Positions 54,067-64,000 of a stretch of 64,000 nucleotides of DNA are shown in pieces. The position numbers and the translations under genes were made by a program. This DNA comes from Eledone cirrhosa. Taxonomy: Eukaryota. The notes beneath the pieces are model-generated. The model was not told where the DNA came from. It did not search any database and saw nothing but the letters and a program-made list of their open reading frames with translations. Position 1 is the stretch's first letter. The number at the start of each line of letters is the position of its first letter. The stretch spans positions 3,038,001 through 3,102,000 of the forward strand of contig OZ024754.1 in the NCBI GenBank assembly GCA_964016885.1, in the 5' to 3' direction.

Positions 54067-54416
54067 GTGTCTTCTGTGTGCTTCTGTATGTGAGTAGGAT
54101 GTAAGTTAATTGTCAATAGCTTCCCTGGCTATTAATTCTGGACAACAGTGGCTTTCTCTCTCTCTCTCTCCCCATCACTCACACATTACACTATCTCTCT
54201 CTCTCTCTCTCTGTCACTCATGCATTACACTTTCCCTCTTTCTCTCTCTCTCTCTCTCTCTCTCTGTCACTCACACATTACACTCTCTCTATCTCTCCAT
54301 CACTAAAGAGTCTTTGCAAATGGTCAGCACCTTTGCTGCTTGTTTTAAGTAGTTGTGTAAATAAACTGCTGGCTACACAAGAGATGTGAAGATATATACA
54401 TCACCACTACCTTTAT

Positions 54417-54462
<46 letters not shown>

Positions 54463-56129
54463 GCTGCTAATACCAACACCACCACCACCACCCCACCACC
54501 ACCGACATTGTGTGACATCTCACTAATGTAGTTGACAGATTCAAAGTAAAACTGGGAAGAGATAGGAAGGTAGAGAGAGATTGTTCTATAGTTGGCTGGC
54601 TACTTCTTAAGTGGTTCCCTCTTTTCCATCAAGAACTAAACAGACCAGGGATTTTGTATAACACACACACACACACATATAATAATGGGTAGATTCCCAA
54701 AAGGTTATCGGGAGGTAACCACAGTTAAAAAAGAAACTTACTTTATCAATCTCTATTTGTCAAACTGCTAAGTTAGGAAACATAAAGGGAAAATGGGACA
54801 GGGTACTCACATAAACTACACCAGCTTTTAGACCATAAACAAAGACATGGAGACATGTATATATTGGACTTCCAAACAGTTCCCGTCTACCAAATTCCAC
54901 TCACAAAGGGTAGCACATATAACTAACTTCTTTCACAAATACCATTTATTTAAGCTTCTTGTTTGACTTGAATGCTAAGATGAGAATTTTTTGTTTCTTT
55001 TTAAAATTTCTCATCTTTCTTTCTCAAGTTGATATTTTTTGATGGTGTTGTTGTTGCTTCTGTTTTTAATCACATATGAAATTCTAAACTGTGTCAGTAT
55101 ATCTAGCATAAATATTTGATTGGCATGGTGAATATGTTGATATTTAACTTAGCTTGTCTTTGTATCTACTGTGATTTGGTTACATTTTAACATGACAGCT
55201 AGAGTCCAGCTTTATTTCATCTTCATTCACTTGTTTAATGGATTTTCTATAGGCCAACAATTATAGAATCAGGATTTATGTATCTTTTACAGCTGAATTT
55301 CAGAAAAGGCATACTGTTTTAGCTATTTTCAGTTCTCTGTGTCATTTTGGCATGCTATTCTAGAGATTTTTACATCTCCGCATTGTAAGAACTTAAAGCT
55401 ATCATCATATTAGTATTTATTTTAATTTAGCTATCAAACTGAGCTTTGACTACAATATATTGAAATAGTGTTTCTGGCAAAGACTAGAATTTTTGAGTGA
55501 GCCAACATTTTTGAAGACTTTTGGAGCCAACAAACTGGTGAAAATAAATAAATGAAACTTGTCTATACATTAAATTTTTATATTTTTCTATGAGAAAACA
55601 GGAATGAAACATTTTTGAATGAACTTTTCATTTGAAAATTTAATATAAATTAAATCTAAATTTAAACATTTTGCTACTATTATTTTATTTTATTTTATTT
55701 TTCTTCACATTTCTTCTATTTTGTTTGAGGTTGGTGATGTTAATTTGACTTTTTTTATTTGCAATGTTACATCTTTTTGTGACATTTTGTTTGCAACTTA
55801 ACCCCTGCCTTCATCTTGGATGATTATACAGCAGAGTATTTGTTAATGTTCACTAAATAAACCTCTATGTTGTTATTAAGGGTTGGGGAGTTCTCTCTCT
55901 GTGTTGTTATTAAGGAATGGTGGGGGTTTCTCTCTAATTCCTCTGCTAGTCTTCTGAAAAATGTCAAAGCATTACTACCAATTTAAATGCAGCAACAACA
56001 CATTACCATGGCATTTTCCTTTTTCTTACTTGTATAAATAACATGGTTTGCTTCTGTTTAACCCTTTCAATTGAATCAGCCATTACAGTTTCACTAATGT
56101 TTCATGTTTGTTTGTTTTTCTATTTGTAG

Positions 56130-56354
56130 CCAACTAAGTCACAATGAAATTTCTTGGGCTGTCGAAGATATTGATGGAGCTTTTGCTGGTCTCCATCGGT
56201 TATCTCAACTTGACCTTAATGGCAATAAAATAAAATCTCTTGCGAAACGCTCTTTCATTGGCCTGCAAAACCTCAAATACCTCTTCTTGCTGGAGAATCA
56301 TATTGCTTCTATACTGGAAAATGCATTTGAGCCACTACACCTTTTGAAAGAATT
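56130..56354 (+). CDS. LRIG: LRIG exon, 3 LRRs (QLSHNEISWAVEDIDGAFAGLHRLSQLDLNGNKIKSLAKRSFIGLQNLKYLFLLENHIASILENAFEPLHLLKEL)
   Basis: tttgtag acceptor, GTAAGT donor, 225 nt, phase 2-2. NEISW.VED..GAF.GL is LRIG-typical. Confidence 0.95.
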
Positions 56355-56470
56355 GTAAGTCCTTGTGCATCTTTTTCCACCCCATATTTGCTTCATATCA
56401 TCTTTTCTCAATTTCCTCACATATTTATTTTGTTATTGTTCCTGAAACAAGATTGAACTCCTATCATTAA

Positions 56471-56686
56471 CCCTTTAGCCTTTTCATTATTTTATATTTG
56501 TTACTGTATTTTCGTGGTAAAGGCTTTAACTCACGTAATTATCTCACATAATATTGAATCTATGAGATTTTGATATTTATTTTGAGAACAATACTAATGT
56601 TAGTATGAGCAGCCAGTTACAGCTGGTTTGAACTGAAACAGGTGAGAGAATTCTGGCTGGATATATCTGGTTTATATGCTAAAGGG
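56471..56686. mobile_element. piggyBac-like MITE
   Basis: TTAA-CCCTTTAGC...GCTAAAGGG-TTAA (TTAA duplication, CCC/GGG termini). Confidence 0.85.
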
Positions 56687-57107
56687 TTAAACCATAAACC
56701 TGTGAGATGTTGTAAACACTCTCCCAGTTATCAGTAGCACTAACATAGCAGGATTCATTATAGTATGACTCACACTGTGTTAGTGTCACTAATAGTTAAT
56801 CCTAGCCAAGTTAAGTACACACTATATGCAAATGAACTTCGCCAGCAGATGTTTTATATGCTAAAAGTATATAAGCTATATAAAAGTATAGGTAGCGAAT
56901 TGGCAGAAAAGTATAGGTAGATTCATTAGAACATCGGATAGAATGCTCTATGGTGTTCCAGCTGTCTGCTCTCTTGAGTTCAAATCCTGCCGAGGTCAAC
57001 TTTGCCTTTCATCCTTTCGAGGTCGATCAAAAAAAAGTACCAGATTAATACTGGGGTTGATTCTTCCTCTCTCTCTCTGGAAGAAATCTGCTGTACTCAG
57101 GCCTGGA

Positions 57108-57108
57108 A

Positions 57109-57153
<45 letters not shown>

Positions 57154-57303
57154 CACCAATACTACTACTACTACTACCAATACTACTACTACTACCACCA
57201 CCACCACCACTACTACTACCACCACCACCACCACTACTACTACCACCACCACCACTACTACCACTACTACTACCACTACTACTACTACTACCACTACCAC
57301 CAA

Positions 57304-57342
<39 letters not shown>

Positions 57343-57369
57343 CACTACCACCAATACTACTACCACCAA

Positions 57370-57423
<54 letters not shown>

Positions 57424-57517
57424 CACCACCACCACCACCACCACCACCACCACCACCACCACCACCACCACCACCACTACTACTACTATCACTACCACTA
57501 CTACTACTACTACTACA
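57108..57517. repeat. (ACT)n/(ACC)n trinucleotide tract at the tail of a degenerate SINE family 2 copy (~56895-57105)
   Basis: Direct reading; poly-T/poly-V pseudo-ORFs. Confidence 0.93.
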
Positions 57518-57955
57518 GTACTGATCACACAGACACTAGTGTTGACAGCACCAATAGCTGTTACTAAAAAGACTTTATTTACTTCATTGCCACCCTCCAC
57601 CTTCCCGTTCCATCCACCCTCTTTCCTCTCCTAATTAATTTCTGTACTCTCTAGCTATCTAATTTGCTTCTCTTTCCTCTTTTCTCTCTCTCCATATGTT
57701 TCAAATACCACTGTTTGTATTTTCTTCATCTCACCAGCTGTTGAATCTATCTTTTCCCCTAACTATATAGATACAGCTGTAATCATTAGATCTTTTGCAC
57801 TGTGCTTGTCTGTCTGTGTGTGTGCATATGTGTGTGTATATATATATATATATACACACTCACATATGTAATTATATATATAGTATGTGCATATGTGTGT
57901 ACATATATATATATATAGTGTGTGTGTATATATAGTGTGCATGCTTGTGTGTATG

Positions 57956-57996
<41 letters not shown>

Positions 57997-58359
57997 TGTG
58001 CTTGCATTCATTCTAGCAATATTTGCAAATTCTATTTAAGTCCTTCATTTTACAGTTTCTCACCAGTCTTTCAGTGCACAATAGATATTAATACTAGATA
58101 TAAAATATAAAGTTTGTTGACATTTCAACCTTTATCTCTTATTTTATTAAATATTAAAGATTGAGTTCTATGTTGCTTCAATTTCTAAAGAAAAAAAAAA
58201 TGTTTTATCTATGATATGGAATTAACAGATCTGTGAATTATTAGTTGGTTTTTCACATAAAATCCAGCTTGACGGAAGAAGTGGTGTTCATAAATAAATA
58301 TGTATTGTCTGACAATAGGATGTGAGATACTTTTAGTTACACCTGGGACATTACTGTAT

Positions 58360-58575
58360 TACCCAGCCCACGCTGTAAAGGGGTCTTTTTGGGTTCACGA
58401 CAAAAAATGCCCAGCCAACACTGTAAAGGGGTCTTTTTGGGGCCACGACAAAATAATGTCCAGCCCATAGTGTAAAGGGGTCTTTTGGGGGCCATGACAA
58501 AAAATGTCCAGCCCATAGTGTAAAGGGGTCGTTTTGATGCCACTACAAAAGGTACCCAGTATACACTGTAAAGTT
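58360..58575. repeat. ~49-bp minisatellite derived from a SINE tail segment
   Basis: Unit cccagcccacactgtaaaggggtcttttggggccacgacaaaaaatg, ~4.5 copies, running into a SINE-like tail at 58600-58760. Confidence 0.85.
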
Positions 58576-58762
58576 ATCATTTTGGTGCCTTGAGAAAAGG
58601 TACCCAGTACACATTATATATGTGGTTAGCATTAGGAAGGGCATCCAGCTGTAGAAACCAAGCCAGAAATAGTTCTGTGTGAGCAAGACATGGTCATCTG
58701 ATCTGACTTGTCTCACAAATGGACAACCCATCTAACCCATGCTAGCATGGACAATGGACTAA

Positions 58763-59135
58763 CCCTTTAGCATTTAAACTGGCCATATCCGGCCAAAAAT
58801 CTCTCACATCTTTCTCTTCAAACAGGCCGTACTTATGTTATGGTATTGTTCTCAAAATAAATAATGTCAAAATTTCATGGATTCAATATAATTGTTTCTA
58901 CTTTTGGCACAAGGCCAGCAATTATCCCAGTGTATTACTGGTACTTTATTTTATCGACCCCGTAGGGATGAAAGGCAAAGTTCACCTCGGCGGGATTTGA
59001 ACTCAGAATGGCAAGAGCCGTAACTCTATGCTGCAAAGCATGGTGTCCGACTCTACCGGTGAGATAATTATGTGTGGTAAAGCCCTTACCAATAAAATAT
59101 AATAGTATATATATAGTACTGTAAATGGTAAAAAG
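58763..59135. mobile_element. piggyBac-like MITE (opposite orientation to 56471) interrupted by a minus-strand SINE family 2 copy at ~58890-59058
   Basis: ccctttagcatttaaac...gtaaatggtaaaaag-ttaa; the MITE body resumes after the SINE. Confidence 0.75.
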
Positions 59136-59189
59136 TTAAATGATGATGATGATGATAACTTACTAATAGAAATTATTTTACATTTGCAG

Positions 59190-59353
59190 GCAATTCAACA
59201 CTAGCAATCTACTCTGTGATTGCCACCTGGCCTGGTTACCAAAGTGGCTGTATGATAATAAATTTGAAGACTCTGTCACTGCAATATGTGCTCATCCTCG
59301 TTCATCAAAAGGCAAAAGTATTTTTGCTGTGAAACCAGACGAATTTGACTGCA
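59190..59353 (+). CDS. LRIG: LRIG exon, LRRCT (QFNTSNLLCDCHLAWLPKWLYDNKFEDSVTAICAHPRSSKGKSIFAVKPDEFDC)
   Basis: tttgcag acceptor, GTAAGT donor, 164 nt, phase 2-1. CxC...W...C...C cap. Absent from the ORF track. Confidence 0.94.
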
Positions 59354-59431
59354 GTAAGTATATCATTCCATGAAAACATGGTGGCACTTTCTCTTCTATT
59401 TATTTATTTATTCATGTGAAGTGGTCATGTA

Positions 59432-59757
59432 GGTGACAAGACAAATATTGCCCAGCCTACATTATAAAGTGGTTGTGTTGGTGTCAAGACAAAACATTCC
59501 CAACCCACACTGTAAAGTGGTTGTGTTGGTGGCACAATAAAACATGCCCAACCCACACTGTAAAGTGGTTGTGTTGGTGGCACAATAAAACATTCCCAAC
59601 CCACACTGTAAAGTGGTTGTGTTGGTGGCACAATAAAACATGCCCAACCCACACTATAAAGTGGTTGTGTTGGTGTCAAGACAAAACATTCCCAACCCAC
59701 ACTGTAAAGTGGTTGTGTTGGTGTCAAGACAAAACATTCCCAACCCACACTATAAAG
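59432..59757. repeat. 48-bp minisatellite (cccaacccacactgtaaagtggttgtgttggtggcacaataaaacatt), ~6.5 copies
   Basis: Direct periodicity, running into a SINE-like tail (ctggctgtagaaaccaagcc). Confidence 0.92.
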
Positions 59758-60121
59758 ATGTGTAGGAGTCATTGTAAATGTGGTTGGAATTAAGGAGGGA
59801 ATCTGGCTGTAGAAACCAAGCCAGTAGTAGTCGGTCAGTGTTATGCAATAAATGTTATTCCCACCATTCTGGACTGTGATGTTTTAACTAATAATTTTGT
59901 AAATTTCTCTCTCTCTCACTATATATATATATACGTATATATATATACAAATGAATATATGAGAGGAATGAACACCAATACAAGTATACATGTGTTCGAA
60001 TTTGTAAATGACCAAGTTCGTTAGGTTGAAAAATACTAATTTAAAATAATATGATTTGCCTGTCTCGATTTCAAGTAAAAGACTATTTTCAGTTTATAAC
60101 TCAATATATGATATATATATA

Positions 60122-60250
60122 AGCACCCAGCACTCACTGTAAATGAGGTTGGTGTTAGGAAGGGCATCCAGCTGTAGAAATCAAGCCAGAATCAGTTCCC
60201 GTCCCACCCTTGCAAGCAGGGAAAAAGCGACGTAAAAATGAAATGATGAT
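60122..60250 (+). mobile_element. SINE family 1, 3' fragment
   Basis: Near-exact match to the family 1 tail. Confidence 0.88.
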
Positions 60251-60320
60251 ATTCACGTACACACATATACAAACATATATATATGTAACTATTGATGATT
60301 TTCTTTCCATATATTTGTAG

Positions 60321-60457
60321 CTGATTTTCCTAAACCTGTCATAACTAGTCAACCAATGTCGCAGAAGGCATTGAAGGGGGAGAATCTGACATTAAACTGT
60401 AGTGCCGTCAGCAGTGGTTTTTATGACACCAAGTTCCAGTGGAAGAAAGACAGCATG
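60321..60457 (+). CDS. LRIG: LRIG exon, Ig1 N-half (DFPKPVITSQPMSQKALKGENLTLNCSAVSSGFYDTKFQWKKDSM)
   Basis: tttgtag acceptor, GTAAG donor, 137 nt, phase 1-0. Ig B-strand Cys and C-strand Trp. Confidence 0.93.
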
Positions 60458-60991
60458 GTAAGATAGCAGCCAGTTTTATAAGGGTTCTCTTGTTTAACAG
60501 TGTGGTTCTCTGAAGGAAGCATTTACAACAGAACCTACACTGATGTGAGCTTATGAAACAGCTATGTTATTTCATTATGGTGTGACTTAGTGGTTAAGGT
60601 CCTTGGCTCACAATCATAAGGTCATGAGTTGGATTTCCTGGTGACACATTGTGTCCTTGAGCAAGATTTTTTATTTCATCTTGCTCCAGTTGTCTCACAT
60701 GGCAAAAAATATGCTGTTCCTGTAATTCAAAGAGCCAACTCGTCCAGCCCATTCCAGTGGAGGAAAATAGACATACAGTGGTGATGGTGATGATGATGGC
60801 ATATTTTCTTCTTGTTAATTACTGATCTTAAGTGAGCCACCATGTTAGCTGTGCCACAACATATCTTTGTTAATAATGTGACTTTGGGGGTTGTTATTAC
60901 CGAAGCTGGTGCGTAGAGATACCAGCCAGACTAAATCAAAGTAAATATTTATAGTTAATTGTTGACACGGATGTTGTTTGTCTTTTTTTAG

Positions 60992-61166
60992 ATTCTCACT
61001 GACCCAAAGATGTACAACTTCACATCTATGGAAGGAAAGCTTGTACACCTTACCACACTGCTTCATCTAGAAAACGTTCAAGATGAAACTGCCGGTAAAT
61101 ACCAGTGTATCATATCAAACCATTTTGGATCAGCCTATTCTACTAAAGCTAATATCTCTGTACATG
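60992..61166 (+). CDS. LRIG: LRIG exon, Ig1 C-half (ILTDPKMYNFTSMEGKLVHLTTLLHLENVQDETAGKYQCIISNHFGSAYSTKANISVH)
   Basis: tcttttttag acceptor, GTAAGT donor, 175 nt, phase 0-1. GKYQC..SNHFGS.YS.KA motif. Confidence 0.94.
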
Positions 61167-61297
61167 GTAAGTTTCTAGCTCAACTTGACTCTTTATTTCA
61201 TGGATACAAGTCACATATATATATATTTATATATGTGTATGTATATATGTATTCGTAAGTGAATGGTGATAATATAATATCATAACATTATTAATAT

Positions 61298-61605
61298 TCA
61301 GTTCAAATCCCGCCAAGGTTAACTTTGCCTTTCATCCTTTTGGGGTCGATAAAATAAAGTACCAGTAATACACTGGGATAATTGCTGGCCTTGTGCCAAA
61401 ATTGGAAACAATTATTAACATTCAGTATCGGTAGAGAGTCGGACACCATGCTTTGCAGCATAGAGTTACGGCCCTTTACGGTCTGGGTTCAAATCCCGCT
61501 GAGGTTAACTTTGCCTTTCATGCTTACGGGGGTCGATAAAATAAAGTACCAGTAACGCACTGGGATAATTGCTGGCCTTGTGCAAAAATTAGAAACAATT
61601 ATTAA
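61298..61605 (+). mobile_element. Tandem pair of 5'-truncated SINE family 2 copies
   Basis: Two central domains and tails; attattaa(t/c)attc motif at all three junctions. Confidence 0.88.
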
Positions 61606-62066
61606 TATTCGGTTTGTTTGCAAGCAAACAGCTTCATAAACATCATGTGTTAGATGACCAATTGTTATCCTTTTATTCTAGCAGTAGCTGAGAGAAAACA
61701 ATCGACAATTGTTTCGGAGTGTTTGCTCCTTATCAAGATTGTGTATTCTCTTCACTGCTGCCCACTTTGAAAATACATAACAACACTATGACTACATTAC
61801 ATTAAAAATTAAAGTCTTTTCTCCAGTTTTCTTTAACACACTGATCTGTTTACTAGAAATATTCTGTAAATCAACACAATGATCTGTTCACTATTAAATA
61901 TTCTATAAACATTTGAATTAACAAACCCACATATTTAGATATTTTCTGCTGAATCATTACAAGGTTAAAACTAAATTTGATTTTCGGAAAAAATAAAAAT
62001 AAAATTCCATACTTTCCTGAAATTGTTTAATCCTTAATATTACATGGTCTGTTTTGTTTCTTGCAG

Positions 62067-62348
62067 TTTACCCTTCATTCACGAAAAAGCCTGAAGATGT
62101 GACTGTCAAATCTGGTAGTATAGCCCGATTAGAGTGCGCTGCCTCCGGACAACCTCCACCACAGATTGCCTGGAAGAAAGATGGAGGCAATGACTTTCCT
62201 GCTGCTCGTGAAAGACGTATGCATGTTATGCCTACTGATGATGTGTTCTTCATTGTTAAGGTTAAGAGTTCAGATGAAGGTACTTACAGCTGTACAGCCA
62301 CTAATGAAGCAGGAACAGCAGCTATTAATGCTACCCTCAAAGTCTTAG
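62067..62348 (+). CDS. LRIG: LRIG exon, Ig2 ([93 protein letters not shown])
   Basis: ttcttgcag acceptor, GT donor at 62349, 282 nt, phase 1-1. Near-diagnostic LRIG Ig2 sequence. Confidence 0.96.
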
Positions 62349-62563
62349 GTGTGTACCTGTTTTCTTTCTTTTTTTTATTTTTTATTTTATGGTGGTGGTG
62401 GGTGGGTTGTGTTAGGGCCTGGTTTTCCACAGGTTCCTTCAAAGGATCTTTGGATGGAGTAACATTGCTCCTTAGGATCCTTAACTCAGAGATCAGGTAG
62501 GGGTCACTTGTGGTGGTGGTTGTGTATTGGGGCTGGTTTTCCACAGGTTCCTTTAAAGGCTCA

Positions 62564-63262
62564 ATAACATCCATGAGCTTGGTTGATCTCACTTGGTGAT
62601 TCATGGTTAGATAACATCCTTGAGCTTGGTTGGCCTCACTTGGTGATCCATGGTTCAATAACATCCATGAGCTTGGTTGGTCTCACTTGGTGATTCATGG
62701 TTAGATAACATCCTTGAGCTTGGTTGGCCTCACTTGGTGATCCATGGTTCAATAACATCCATGAGCTTAGTTGATCTCACTTGGTGATTCATGGTTAGAT
62801 AACATCCTTGAGCTTGGTTGATCTCACTTGGTGATCCATGGTTAGATAACATCCTTGAGCTTGGTTGGCCTCACTTGGTGATCCATGGTTCAATAACATC
62901 CATGAGCTTAGTTGATCTCACTTGGTGATTCATGGTTAGATAACATCCTTGAGCTTGGTTGGCCTCACTTGGTGATCCATGGTTCAATAACATCCATGAG
63001 CTTAGTTGATCTCACTTGGTGATTCATGGTTAGATAACATCCTTGAGCTTGGTTGGCCTCACTTGGTGATCCATGGTTCAATAACATCCATGAGCTTAGT
63101 TGATCTCACTTGGTGATCCATGGTTAGATAACATCCTTGAGCTTGGTTGGCCTCACTTGGTGATCCATGGCTCAATAACATCCATGAGCTTAGTTGATCT
63201 CACTTGGTGATCCATGGTTAGATAACATCCATGAGCTTGGTTGGTCTCACTTGGTGATCCAG
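62564..63262. repeat. 47-bp minisatellite with alternating A/B variants (94-bp dimer), ~15 copies
   Basis: Unit ataacatccatgagcttggttgatctcacttggtgattcatggttag alternates with the ...ccttgag...ggcctcac...tccatggttca variant. Confidence 0.95.
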
Positions 63263-63440
63263 TCAGATCAATTAGAGATGGTTGCTTCTGATATGACCCT
63301 CTGGAAGGTACATCTGAGGTCTCTACTCCTGTGACTCTCCCATAAATAAATTGGCAAAGAAGAATGGAGAAAAAAAACTCTTCTAACCTATGTAAACTTG
63401 AAAAAAAAAACTGATATGAAATGATGATGATGACATTTGC

Positions 63441-63492
<52 letters not shown>

Positions 63493-64000
63493 GTTTTTCG
63501 TTTGTTTATATTTTTTTCCCCTTTTCTTTTCCTTCTCTTTCGCCTCTTCATTTTCTTCCACATTTTTTTGACTACTCTTTATCTTTAACCTTTCCAACTA
63601 CTTTTCTTTCTCTACTTCCCTCTCCTATCTTTCTCACTCCACCCTATCTCTTCATTTAAAATCTCCCTCTCTTCTAATTATAAATTTTAATGAATATTCC
63701 ATGTTTTATATTATTTTACTCCTATCTACCTATCCCAATATTAATCTATATTATAAGATTATTTACATGTCAGTTTACTTAGACTGTTTCGATAATCACA
63801 ACAACTTGAAAAGAAATTGGAGAAGTTTTTGCGTCAGTAATTCTCCAGAGATACCTGGCTTCTTGTTGTGAAACACTCTGGAGATTCTTTCATAGTTTAT
63901 TCTAGAATTAACAAACAGTATAATTTTACTTCATTAGACTACTGGACTGAATACTTCACAGTATTTAGTTTCAGCCTTGATAGTCAGTTTTAATACCACT

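Noticed and set aside
56943-57634. Mucin-like poly-Thr ORF
   Set aside because: An (ACT/ACC)n microsatellite at a SINE tail inside an intron.

Overview
AT-rich, microsatellite- and SINE-dense animal genomic DNA. The repeat content looks like a coleoid cephalopod (Octopus-like); that assignment is inference. One gene is supported: an internal part of a + strand LRIG-family gene (leucine-rich repeats and Ig-like domains; LRIG1/2/3, lambik-like). It has 11 GT-AG exons between 10590 and 62348 that splice in frame into 565 full codons (about 13-14 LRRs, LRRCT, Ig1, Ig2), and both gene ends lie outside the window. The introns, including one of 28.4 kb, hold tRNA-derived SINEs of at least three families, 3' fragments of an RTE-clade LINE, TTAA-flanked piggyBac-like MITEs, several minisatellites born inside transposons, and a 4.5 kb (TA/TG)n tract with a 1992-bp internal duplication. 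Almost all long ORFs in the track are simple-repeat artefacts. The most interesting signal is a set of short, mutually divergent elements beside (TA)n tracts. They carry type I hammerhead ribozyme cores (CUGANGA...GAAA...UH with a short, near-palindromic stem-loop III), often sit inside fold-back palindromes, and several share a downstream TATTGAG(TAC)-like motif. This fits non-autonomous Penelope-like or retrozyme-like elements, several of them on the sense strand of the LRIG pre-mRNA.
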